NCBI RefSeq assembly: GCF_009914755.1
Contig: NC_060940.1
From: the human T2T-CHM13v2.0 reference genome, Homo sapiens
Length of the DNA: 64,000 bases
Strand: one strand, 5' to 3'
Every line of letters starts with the position of its first letter. Position 1 is the first letter of the stretch. The translations under genes and the position numbers were made by a program. The notes under the pieces were generated by a model. The model did no database searches and had not been told where the DNA came from. It worked only from the letters and a program-made list of their open reading frames with translations. Of this stretch, positions 1 to 14,258 are shown one piece after another.

Positions 1-285
1 TTAATATGATCAAGATGACTGCCCAGATAAGGCCATGGCCTGTGTGTCTCTGCTGAATCTATTTAATTGGGATGCAGATTATAAAATTATCAACTTCTGA
101 TAAAATTATTATTAGAGCTCTGTAATATCCAATGAGAAAGAAAAAAAATTACAGTTAAAACATCTTAACTTGAAAATGTCTTGAGAACATATATTCTATC
201 CCAGTAGAGAGATTCAAATGGTATGTAAATCCCCCACTTGCCCTCCCCTCCACACTCTTTCCCACCTCTGGATGTAGAGAGGGGG

Positions 286-411
286 ATGATGGGAAAATCT
301 TCGCTGAGATGCTCATTCTACACAGAGTTTCCTGGCTATAGGGTAACGATGGTCCCAGGAGACCGGTTCAGGGAAGCATGCCAAGCCCTTTTAGTTACCC
401 AGGACATTTTG
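286..411 (+). other. Candidate upstream RBFOX1 exon in frame with the 14217 exon
   Basis: Consensus donor TTG|GTGAGT at 412. The open frame MMGKSS...VTQDIL ends at phase 0. Possible acceptor CTACACAG| at 325. G-triplets at 446-465. Confidence 0.35.
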
Positions 412-2054
412 GTGAGTATTGCTTGAATTTTCTTAGACTGAGCAAGGGTTTGGGATGGGATGGGGTTGAAGGAGGGCAATTATAACCCTTGATCATGAGG
501 GAAAGAAATGGTGATTGCTTTCGCTGCTGAAACAAATAGAAATCATCTTTGTAATAACTGCAATTGTTTTCTCCAGCCCTCCTCTGCCTTGGTTCACAAA
601 ATACCTTATTAAATCTGGAGAATAAAAATGTACCTGGGGTAATGGTTTATTATTAGAATAAATAATAGGCAATATGTTTCTTCCACCCTGCAAGGTATCA
701 GATGCCAAGACATTTCGTGGTTTAGCTTGTAAAGGTGCTTACATGTGTCAGACCAGCCAGGCTCTTCATGGCCAGGGGCTGCCCTTTCATTTCAAGACCA
801 GCATCAAGCCTGAAGTGAACAACTCCACGAGACTGCATTCTTGCAGAAAGCAGATGTGGGAGGCCGAAGGGGATATTGGCCACGTGCTGCCTGGGGCTGC
901 CATGTCTTGCTCAATGTTTGTCTGTCTGATTAATCTGTCTGGACCTGGGGGACTTCTTTTGTTGATAATGGGGTCTTTACCAAGAGGGTGCATGGCAGAG
1001 CAAGTGTGAAAAGCACTTCCTCCCAAGAAAACACCTCATTAAAACGTGTAATTTGAGGTTTGTTCAAATTCTGTGGGCATCCTGACCTCTGACATCCCTT
1101 TAATCAGATAACCAACACTTGAATCTCTCCAGTGACTTATAGCCAGAGCAGTGACTCTCTTGATATAAGTACCATTATTACCAAACAATATGATGTTTAA
1201 AGGAATATCAGAAGTGCTCACTAAATGTGTTGTCCTGCCTGGGAGATAGCACCCCATAGGTCATTCGAGTGCTAAGAATACTAAGTGTTTTGAGATTTTA
1301 GGATATGCTCCATAAAGTATTCCCGAGGACTCTTAGCCATAAATTAAATATGTTAGAGCTTTCAGCATTTGGGTTTATTGTGCAAGTTTACGTATAACAA
1401 CAAATCCATTATTATTTTTTCTACTTAGTACTTAGCCTTGACAAGCTCTTTCGTCCGTCTCCCTTGACCCTCCAAAGCTGGCATCCTTTCAAAACCAGAC
1501 AAGATTTTTACAGCAGATAATGGTCTTCCCCAAGGTTAAGAGGAAAACATCGTGGGAGAGCTGGGTGTGTTCTCCAAGCTATTTTCTCAAGTGTATTTTG
1601 TTCGTTTATGCAACATGAGACAGAATCAAGTTCATTAATCATGGCTGACTTGAGTCATTGTTGTGACTTTTTGTTTTTACTTTTTTAATTGATTATTTCT
1701 CACCTCCTTTCCTGAAACCTAAGCATTTACTAGTGTAACACACTTTTGTTCTTCCTTGTGACAAAAAGTAACAACCGCCATGACCGGTGGTGGGATCTGT
1801 ATTTGCTTATCTGACATAAACTATCCTGTCTTCTTAGAATCAGAGGACACACTTTATTGTGTGATACACTTGCAAGAAGCAGTGGGTATGATTACAACCA
1901 TACGTCGGATTATAGGACTGTATTATGTTCAAAGATTTCAGGCCTTTATAAACTCAGGTATCTAATAAACATTACACATGAGACCCTAGAAGCAGACGAG
2001 GCAAAGCGACCTCTCTCTTTTTATTTTCTGTTTGTACTTTTACTTTCCTACTGA

Positions 2055-2477
<423 letters not shown>

Positions 2478-2982
2478 GAGTTATTTTATAGCCACCATTA
2501 ATCACATACTTACTATGTGCCAGGCCAGATTTGGCTTTGATGCTCTACAAATAACATCTCATTTAATTATTACAATAACCATATAACTCAGGCATTTAAA
2601 TTATATTATTATTGCTGCTCTTAGTATGAATTTATAAAACTGATGCATGCTCATTGCAATAAGTTGAAGTGATATAACAGAATCCAAGATTAAAAATGAG
2701 AAAACCTGCTTCTCTGTCCCTTCTTCTCCACTATTGGTCTGGTTCCCAGGACATCATTTTTCTGCTTTTGTCTGAAGTTTGTTGTTTATCATTCCAGACT
2801 TTTTTCCAGGTATAAATGGATATTTTTCTGTGTGTGTACCTTGTGTGTGTGCATAGTTTTTTATACACAAATGGATTATAGGTTAAAAATGATTTTAACT
2901 TGCTTTTGTTTTATTTTGTCATAGACATCATTCCTGAAATCATTCATTTTCTAATGGATTCATAATATTCCGTAGTATAGGT

Positions 2983-3570
<588 letters not shown>

Positions 3571-3859
3571 AATGTAGATGAACCACAATTCTTTTAACCA
3601 TTTCATTACTTGTGGACATTGGCATTCTTCTCAGTTCTGGGTCTGTTCTGTGACAAGCGCTGTCCTTACTTCCTCATTCGCCGTTGCACTCTGGTAAAGT
3701 GATTCCTAGAATACTAACCATTGAATTAAAGGAAATGGAAGTTCTACATAGTGATAACTGCCAGCTGCCCCCTCGAAACAGTCAGTACCAATTTACCACC
3801 CTTCTTAAAAAGATAATATCAAACCTTTCGAAAGGAATCTGATGCTACAAAAGTGTCAT

Positions 3860-4190
3860 TAATTTAGCCAAATTCACAAGGCCTCTTGGGGAACAAAGCC
3901 AGGATTTGGACCCAAGTCATTTGACCCAGTGCTTCTTGTGAAAACCTCCTGTGTCATTAATTTGAATACCAATTGCTGGTATTTGCTGAATTTTTAAATG
4001 TGTTAAGTGCTTTGCTTAGTAATTCTTATAGATTATGCTCACAATAAAATTAGACACTTTGCAGGTACCATATTATCTCTATGGTACAAATGGGGAAATT
4101 GCCTGCAGAGATTATATAATATGGCTAACGTTACTTAGGAGATGTTCAAGGACTGGACTTCCTTAGTCTGATTCCTTAACCTCCAGTCTC
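3860..4190 (-). mobile_element. MIR fragments
   Basis: Degenerate MIR-like motifs (GCCAGGATTTGGACCCAAGTC; TACAAATGGGGAAATTG). Confidence 0.5.
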
Positions 4191-4584
4191 CATTGGGGAG
4201 AAAACTGGATCTACAGAAGGGCCCAGTGCTTTGATATCAGAGAAATCTAATTTGGTGGAAATTATACTGGTTCTTACCTCAATAAGCCAAGTTTGGAAAT
4301 TTATGTGTTTTATGGAACTAGACAACACTAGCTAGTCGGTGCATGTCTTGTTTTAGAGAAACACAAGTGTGTAAACAGCATCTTGTCAGGGCACAGTAGC
4401 TAATGAGCACCTGCTAAGGACAAGTGAGGCGCAGATTGGGGAGGAGGGCTAACAGTGTAGGTATCCATGGTTTTGTTTGGTTTACCTGACCCTGGAAACT
4501 GTGTACAATGGTGATTCAGAGAGGAAACCTAGTCAACCCATCCAGATGGTAATTCCCTCTTGAATATTTCCTATCTTTACGGTT

Positions 4585-4790
4585 TTAGGAATTCACTCAC
4601 TCTGTGCCTCAGTTTTTCCACCTGTAAAATGGAGCTAAAATCAAATCAGCTAATGAAATCAATTGTCAGCTGCTTACAAAGTTCTGAGAATTAACTAAGC
4701 TTATAACTAGGAACTGTTTAGCACATTTTATGACATATTACAAACATTGGATACATTTTAACGAATGTTAGTGTGCAATTTATTTCAGCA
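4585..4790 (+). mobile_element. MIR
   Basis: Core CTCTGTGCCTCAGTTTTTCCACCTGTAAAATGG. Confidence 0.75.
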
Positions 4791-4802
4791 AAAAGTGATT
4801 AA

Positions 4803-5104
<302 letters not shown>

Positions 5105-6039
5105 AGTGATTAAAACAATTACTTTCCTAGCAGCATAGTTAAAATTGAGCAAAACCTAAATATTTTGCAATCCCAAAGTTCCTTCGCTTCCATCCTCCAC
5201 CCCCCACAATCTCCCTGACTTTATCCTGCTTTTGACTGTGCCATTCACGGTATCTTGTTTCTGTATCCTTGGGGAGGTCCTCCCGCCCAACTCCTATTTA
5301 CTCAGTAAGGGTTAGATCAAGGGTCTCAGCTCCAGAAACAACTGACTGATGTCTCCTCCACTGCTTCCCGTCCTTCAGCAGGCTGGGTTGGTGCATCTCC
5401 TTTGAGCACCCCTGGAACCCTGTTTTTTCTTTTCTATCACATACGACCCTGTATCATCATCATTATTTTATTCATCACTCCTCCCCTGTCTTTTTTAAAT
5501 AAAATGTACAATGTGTCATTTAGATACACACCCCCTTTCATTAGCACAGCGCTAGGCAGTTAGTACCCTGAGTACATATGTCAAATGTGTATCATAGTCC
5601 TGAAATGCATCAAGGAAAACGCAAACTCCAGGGCTCACCCTAGGTACTTGGAGACGTGCGTTTATAGGAAAATGCCATCTTGTTTCAGAAGAGTTTATAA
5701 TGATTACAAAAACAGCAACGCTGAGAAATAAAGCTACCAATTGATTTGATATATTGAGTTCTATGCTGGTAAACTTGTCCAGTGTTTTCCTTCTAAGTGA
5801 TTCATAATTGTCCTGAAAACTGGATTTTCCAACATTCTATTATTGTGGACATGAAAACATGAACATCTATTTATCCATTCATTTATTGTGTGTCTTCTGT
5901 TTCTTTGGACTCCTACTTTCCCCAGTTCAAGTTAATCTCTCACCAGTTCCCTCTTGCACTTGACTCTTGTGTCATATTCAATTACTGCACTTCCATAATC
6001 TCACTGAGCTTTCCACACATCCTCCTGCCTTTCCTCTGA

Positions 6040-6320
6040 ATATATTTTTTTCATTCTTTACCTGGATACATTGTCTAAAAGACAAAACAAAAACAAACAA
6101 AATACACTAATACCTTTTTCAATTCTCCAAGACAAGTTGGGCCACCTCCTATGCACTGCAAGCACCTCTTACACTTTCACTGTACAAATGTTCTCTGTAT
6201 TGTAATTATCCATAGACTCATCTTTTTCCCCACCTAGACAATAGCTCCAGTAGCCTTCTTTGCTGTTGTATTCCTGGCACTTAGGACAGTGTCTGACATC
6301 CAGAAGGTGCTTGAGATATG
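6040..6320 (+). mobile_element. L2 3' fragment
   Basis: TGTATTCCTGGCACTTAGGACAGTGTCTGACATCCAGAAGGTGCTTGAGATATG resembles the L2 3' end. Confidence 0.55.
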
Positions 6321-7811
6321 TGTATGTATATGTGCATGTGTGGGTATGGGTGTGTATGTGTGTGAGTAAATATATATGAAAGGATGGATGAGTAAACAAG
6401 TGGATTCCAAACATCGTACTCATCTCTAGAAAAGGAAAGCCACCTAAGGCTCAGTTCTAGTTCTTGCAGAGCCAGTCTGATGTGTGGGAGAGAAAAATCA
6501 GACTGAAAACAGGGTCAGAATAAAGCAGGAAGAACTGATAAGAGAGAACTCAAAGTCAGGAGAAGGATGAAAAAGGCTGAGTGAGAAAGCGTCTTTGGCC
6601 CTGTTGGCTAAATGAAGATAGGAGACGGGGAAGATGAATCCCTGCTATTAAACATCTCGTTCAACCGGGAGAGCAAAGGGTCTCATGCTGAAGTTTATTG
6701 CTTCAGTTTCTAACCTTTCATAAGTGCTTACTTGGCAGCCCTTTCAAGAGTGGTATTTGATTCTGGAAGCATCTTAAAGGAACAGCGCCCGACCTTCCAC
6801 TTTACTTTTTTTCATTTAGGCCATAAAATATATTGGTTTTGTGCATTACTGCCATGGGAGAAAAAAAATATCACATGTTAGTTTCCAAATGAAATGACAT
6901 TTGATAAAGTGTACATTTAAGATATTTTTCAAGGCTAGCTTTTAAAGAATGCACAGGCAGGGTCTTTCTTCATCACAGACTGTAGGGAGTTACAGGTGCC
7001 TTTTTTTCCACCTCCCCTCTCCCCACCCGGAGCCTCTCCCATAATGGTTATGGAGAAAATTTTTTAAGAGCCTCATTAGTTGCAGCAATAACTTACTGAG
7101 TCTTCCAAGAATCATTACACCCTGTTTGGGGTGCTGTTTGATGAGCAAGGTTGCAGCCGAAACACACAACTCATGATGGGATTCTGCCGTTTTGTGCAAT
7201 GGACAGCTCTTTCTTCACGGAAGATGTGAGGAAAGCATGGATCTGCATTCGATGATCCCTACTTAAAGGAGGGGAGGTCACTGGCCACCTAACTCATGAG
7301 ATGTGTATGTCACTGGATTGACTCAAATTGGCCAGGGACTCCCACTTCCAAACAAAGGGGTTGGCAGTAGGTGGAGTATGGTGGTGGTGGTGGCAACCAG
7401 TTTACTAATAATTTATGAAATGGAACAGGTGCATGACCCAAAAAAAGAAGCAGGATATTGTCACTAGAATATAAGCAAAATAATATGGGATGCTGTGCAG
7501 GGAAAAATAAACACAACAAAAACAAACATGTCTACTATAGAGATTACTTGAAATATCCTTTTTCTTATTCCCAAATCTCATTTTCCTTATTTGGCTTCAT
7601 TTGAAGGACAGCATGGCTATTTCCTTGGCTACTGTTGGATTTTGCATTGTCTGCAATAGGAATATGATAATGTGGTGCCACTTCACATGGCACAAGTCAG
7701 AGGTCAGTAGGCCCCCTGGTTCCTTCAGTGTCGTCATTGTGCTTTTGTGAGTCTGGCAAATCCTTGTGATATTTGAAGGCAGATGTTAAAAATATTAATC
7801 TTGTTATATAC

Positions 7812-8116
7812 TTTTTTTTTTTCAATAGAGCGAGACATTGTCTCGCTTTGTTGCCCAGGCTGGAGTGCAGTGGCTTGATCTTCATTCACTGCCTACCTCT
7901 GCCACCCAGGTTCAAGCAGTTCTCTTGCCTCAGCCTCCTGAGTAGCTGGGACTACAGGCGCATTCCACCACGTGTGGCTAATTTTTTTGTATTTTTAGTA
8001 GAGACAGAGTTTTACCATGTTGGCCAGGTTCTTCTGGAACTCCTGACCTCAGATGATCTGCCCACCTCGGCCTCCCAAAGTGCTGGGATTACAGGTGTGA
8101 GCCACCATGCCCGGCC
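7812..8116 (-). mobile_element. Alu (AluSx-like)
   Basis: Antisense Alu; source of ORF 7773..8123. Confidence 0.95.
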
Positions 8117-8394
8117 AAGATAAACTTTTTATTAATTAACGAAAATCAATGCTATCACTATTACTATACATTTTTAAAAACACTTGTATTTCTGCAAGGT
8201 ACTGATATTAAAATACTTGCTGATTATAAATGCCCTGTATGTCACAAAGGATAGTTTGAAAACTACAGAAAGCATTAAGAAGGAAGCATTGCCCTCAGTC
8301 TTTAATTGCATCAGCCATTTAGTTTATATTTTACATGTAGACAGGTGTTCCATTTTGACTTAATTTTTGTATAAAGTGTGAGGTTTAGGTAAAG

Positions 8395-8396
<2 letters not shown>

Positions 8397-8425
<29 letters not shown>
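8397..8425. repeat. (TG)n microsatellite
   Basis: Direct reading. Confidence 0.95.
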
Positions 8426-8428
<3 letters not shown>

Positions 8429-8747
8429 ACATCCAGTTACTCTATCATTATTTGTTCTGGATGTTTCACTTTTTTCGGTTTTCTTAAAGGTTGTGTTATA
8501 GGGATTATCACACACATATTTCTCTCAGTCTACAAGACTCAGTATTTTGCCTCTTTAGTTGGAATGCAGAAACCTTATCACCCATGTTAATTAGCTTGAC
8601 TTCGGTGATTGTTTTTACAATTTATACATACATTAAAATATCAAGTTCAATACGTTAAATATATGTAATTTTTATTTTTTAATTGTGCCTCAATAAAGAT
8701 GGGAGATAATAAAGTTTATCACCACGTATGCCTCTTTGTTTCTGTAG

Positions 8748-9146
<399 letters not shown>

Positions 9147-9873
9147 TAAGCCATTAAACATATTTTAATGAACTCAAGAGTATAGAAAGCTCTTCATGCA
9201 ATTTCCTTTTTTTTTTTTTTTGCTTTAAGCCATTAAACATATTTTAATGAACTCAAGAGTCCAGTCACCTATTAACATTTACTCATATGTTTACCATTTC
9301 CATTTCCAGCTCTTCCTTTCTTGTTGTTTGAAGTTTCCTTCAGGTATCCTATTTCCTTTATCTGGAAAACTTCCTATAGCGATTATTTTAGGGCAGGTCT
9401 GTCTGCAGTGAATTTTCTTAGTTACTTTCATATTTCACCTTCATTTCTAAAGGATATTTTCATTGGATGTAGTATTCTCAGTTGACAATTATTTTTTCAG
9501 TATTTCAATAACTGTGTGTTATTTTCTGCTGACCTCTCTGGATTTTTGTTTGTTTAGTTTGGATTTTGTTTTAAATCCATAGTTCTTTGAATTGTTGGGC
9601 CCTTACAAGCATTGCATTGTTTGTCTCTGGTTGTTTTCAGTGTTTTAATTTTAGGCTTTACCAATATGACTGTGATATATGTGGTTGTGGATTTCGTTGA
9701 TTTTAACTCTTTTAGTTCCTTGAAATTGTTTATATCTTTTGTCAAATGTAGGAAGTTTTCAGCCATTATTTCTTAATTTTTTTTTTTGCAGTGAACTCTT
9801 TATCCTTATATTCTAGAATTTCAGTAACATGAAATATTGTACGTTTTGATATTTGTTCCACAGGTCCTGCATT

Positions 9874-9906
<33 letters not shown>

Positions 9907-10049
9907 TCTTCAATTTTTTTTTCCCCTATGTTGTTTAGAATGGATACTTTTTATGTACTCAAGTTTACTTCTTTTTCTTCTGTTGTCTTCATTCTGTGTT
10001 TGGACACCTTCAGTGAGATTTTATTTTATTCCGTTTTAATTAATTAATT

Positions 10050-10338
<289 letters not shown>

Positions 10339-10363
10339 CAATATTTTATTTTTATTTTTTTAA

Positions 10364-10717
<354 letters not shown>

Positions 10718-11999
10718 TCCTTTTGGTTCTTTATTATCTTTTGTTTCTTTGCTAATGCTGTCAATTTTTTTCTCAGTTATTTTCAGTGTGTTTTTTCTTA
10801 CCGTTTGGAGTCGTTTTATAACAGCTGCTTTAAAGTTTTTATTTGATAATTCCAACATCTTTGCTATGTTGATGTTGGTGTCTGTGAATGTCTTTTCCCA
10901 TGCAAATTTAGATTTTCTTGGTTCCTAGTATGCTAAGTCATTTTGGTTTGTATTCTGGGTATATTGAATATTGTGTTAGGAGACTCTAGGTCTTGTTTAA
11001 AATCCCATGGAAGTTGTTGATATTTTTGTTTTAATAAGCAATCAATCTTGTTGCATTCAGGCTGAAAGCTCTTGCTTTTCTTCTGTGGATTTGTTTCCAA
11101 TATCAGTTCTGTTGGGTGTCTCCCATATATATATCAAGTCTGGGACATGGGCAGTAGTCTATTCCTTAGTTCAATTCTCAAAGCTTATGGAAACATTTTA
11201 GGGTCAGATACAGACATGAGCACAGAGGTCAGTGCAGGAGTTTATAAAAATACTGTTTGGGGGTGATTTTCCCAAATTATTTTCTCTCCGGGATCCTCAA
11301 AGTAATATTTGTTTTCTAGGGTTCCCTGTTTGTTGTCCTCCACCCAGAAAGCTGGTGGTTTTTTGTTTGTTTTTAATTTTTCTGTTCACCTGCTTCTCAT
11401 CTGAGTCTGCATTTAGGGCAAAGTGTCAAGAGAAGAGAGGAAATAAAGAAAAGCAATGGGAGGTGGGAGTTGTTTGCCCAACCTCTTGAGACCACAGTCC
11501 TAGATGTTAAGTGTCTGCAGCCACCCCTGTTGCCACTGTTGTTTATACATGAACACTACCCTGAGATTGCCTGGAGACTGCAGCATAAGAGGACACACAA
11601 ACTTTTAAAAAGAAAGAACAGTAATAAAAAAAAAAGAACAATGGGGATTTTCCCTATTCTCTTAGTGTTAAGACTCATCTGTCTTGTTTTTCAAGACAAA
11701 ACCAGAGTGCTTCTCCTGAGTCTTTATATGGCTGGGTGTCTGATTTTCAGCCCTTGGCTACCTTGCACCCACACTAAGGGGTATTGGTGGTGGGAGGTGG
11801 TAATTCACCACTTATGTGGCGGTACTTTAAATTTTGGTCGTTTTGTTCCCCCCTCCACTTGCTGCTTTTTAATTTTCAGAGATCTCAAATAGCTCCCCCA
11901 TGCATTCTATACAGATTTCCTTGCTGCATTCAGTGGGGGAAACAGGATGAAGTGTTTTCGCTCCATCTTGTCAAGAACCGAAACCTCACCACCCACTTC

Positions 12000-12340
12000 A
12001 TTTATTTTGTGTTAAAATACACATAAAATAAAATTTACCTTTTTTATCATTTTAAAGTATACATTTTACTGGCATTTAAGTACATTCACAATGTTGTGCA
12101 AATATCCAGTTTGAGAACATTTTATTCACCCCAAATAGAAACCTCATACCCATTAAGCAGTCACTCCTCCTTTTCCATTAACCCAGTCCTCTGGCAACAT
12201 TTAATTTGTTCTCTGTCTCAATGAATTTTCCCTACTTCATCTTTTAACAGTTTATGGAGACATAATTTACATAATATAAAGTCACCTATTTCAGGTGTAT
12301 AATTCAATGTGGGCTTTTTTTTTTTGGATATTTATAGAAT
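12000..12340 (-). mobile_element. L1M 3'-end fragments
   Basis: GGCATTTAAGTACATTCACAATGTTGTGCAA...CCCATTAAGCAGTCACTCC is typical of an L1MB/MC 3' UTR. Confidence 0.7.
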
Positions 12341-12402
12341 TGTACCAGTTTCTTTTTTAATTTTTTGGAATATTTCTCCCAGTCTTTTCCTCTTTAGCTT
12401 CT

Positions 12403-12725
<323 letters not shown>

Positions 12726-14216
12726 TTCCTTCATTTTCTTTAATGATCTGTTTCACTGTATTTTTAACCCAAGATAGGAACCATAATATTGTATATTTCT
12801 GTGGTTTCTTTTCTTAACAACTAAATGGTGTCTTTTGAACATTTTTCATATCTCTATATTTAAAACTATGTTTCTAAATGGTACATGTTATGCCATACTA
12901 TCAGTATACTATATTTTTTAATTTTTCCATTATCACACATAATGTTTATAATTTCTTTTTTCATACATAATGTTGTTGTTAATTGACATGGAAATAAACA
13001 TTTGTGTGCCTCTGCATATTTTTTTAAGAGCTAATCTTAGTGGTAATATTTCTGGGTAAAAGGGCATAGAAAAGCACTGATTTATAGATTTGGGGCTCTG
13101 GTGCATCCTTAAGTAAATATTCTTCCTTTTTTGTTTTTAGAGAAAGTCAAAACAAACTTTGTATACAAAATGCGTAAAATATACATCAAAAGTTGGTTCC
13201 TAAACCTTCATATCCCTTAGTAAAAGTTTCAAAAACTTACAGTATATTGTCTGGTCCTGGAAGTCGGGAGTTGTTTCACTGGTTAAAAAAAAATACTGGA
13301 AAGATATAGAATAAAGGTGAATGAAGACCTAAATTTTATTTCAGCTTAACTATTTTAGTTGACAGTGGAGTCTACCAGCTCCTGATGACAGAATGACCAT
13401 ATATCTCAAAATTCCTTCTATGTGTTCCTTTTTATTTGTGTCCTTAGCATAATCATGTAATACGACTCCACCCATCCCCTTAACCCACCTATGTTTTCTT
13501 GTTTGGATAATAAATTATATGGCCACTCCAAAGAAGCGTCCTTGGACATTAAGTAAAACATGTCAGTAGGGCAAAGATAATTAATGCATGGCATATGTAT
13601 TGCTAATACCCACTTTCCTATCTGATGGCCGATACCAGAAACCTATCAGGATCTCTTTCTGTGATTGAAGGATTGGCTTCACAATTCTCCCCAGCACAAT
13701 CCTATGGGGACTTACTACCATCTGATTAGAACTGGACCATAAAATGTAACCCAGTTGCCAAGGCATGACAACTGACACTACTGGCCCTAAACATTGGAGA
13801 AGACTTTGTGTGTTTTCCACTGACTTATCATGACCATCTGGAGTGGGCCTTTATGGAGGAATTCTTGCACCTGTGATATAGGGCAAGCTGGGGTTTTCAG
13901 GGAAAAGGGTGGGGAGTTTCATGACAAGAGGGGAGGTGCCCTCATCCCAGGCAGATGCTGCCTCCCACACATACTCCTGCACGTCTCTCCTCTTCCCCTT
14001 TCCAGTCTCTGACTTATCCTAGCTGTGCTTCTGAATCACACAATTGAACTCCAAGTGAAGCTTGAGCTATGTAGACCTAAAGAAAAATTAAATACATAAT
14101 TAATTAATTATGGGTTTTCTTTGAGCTGAGTAATTAAAAGTAACTTTCTGTTTTCTTTCATGTTTTTCTGATCCGGAGCCTTCTGACTTTTCCCCTTCAT
14201 TTTCTTTTCTTTCTAG

Positions 14217-14258
14217 GTTTCAAGACAACAGATGAATTGTGAAAGAGAGCAGCTAAGG
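14217..14258 (+). other. RBFOX1: RBFOX1 42-nt internal exon (15 nt before the ATG, 27 nt coding)
   Basis: Long polypyrimidine tract (about 14143-14214), branch-like CTGAC (A at 14186), acceptor TTTCTAG| at 14216, donor |GTAGGT at 14259. Confidence 0.93.
14232..14258 (+). CDS. RBFOX1: RBFOX1 (RNA binding fox-1 homolog 1 / A2BP1): coding part of the start-codon exon, MNCEREQLR
   Basis: ATG AAT TGT GAA AGA GAG CAG CTA AGG translates to MNCEREQLR, the N-terminus I recall for canonical human RBFOX1. It ends at a phase-0 donor AGG|GTAGGT (14259). ORF-track entry 14232..14417 simply reads on into the intron. Confidence 0.95.

Noticed and set aside
2790-2816. Recursive-splice-like YnCAG|GT sites (2809; also about 9343, 17321 and 45978)
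   Set aside because: The reconstituted donors (GTATAA, GTATCC, GTCTTC, GTACAC) match GTRAG poorly, and such sites are expected by chance in 64 kb.
9554-9766. ORF resembling L1 ORF1p
   Set aside because: A degenerate fragment of an old L1, not an intact gene.
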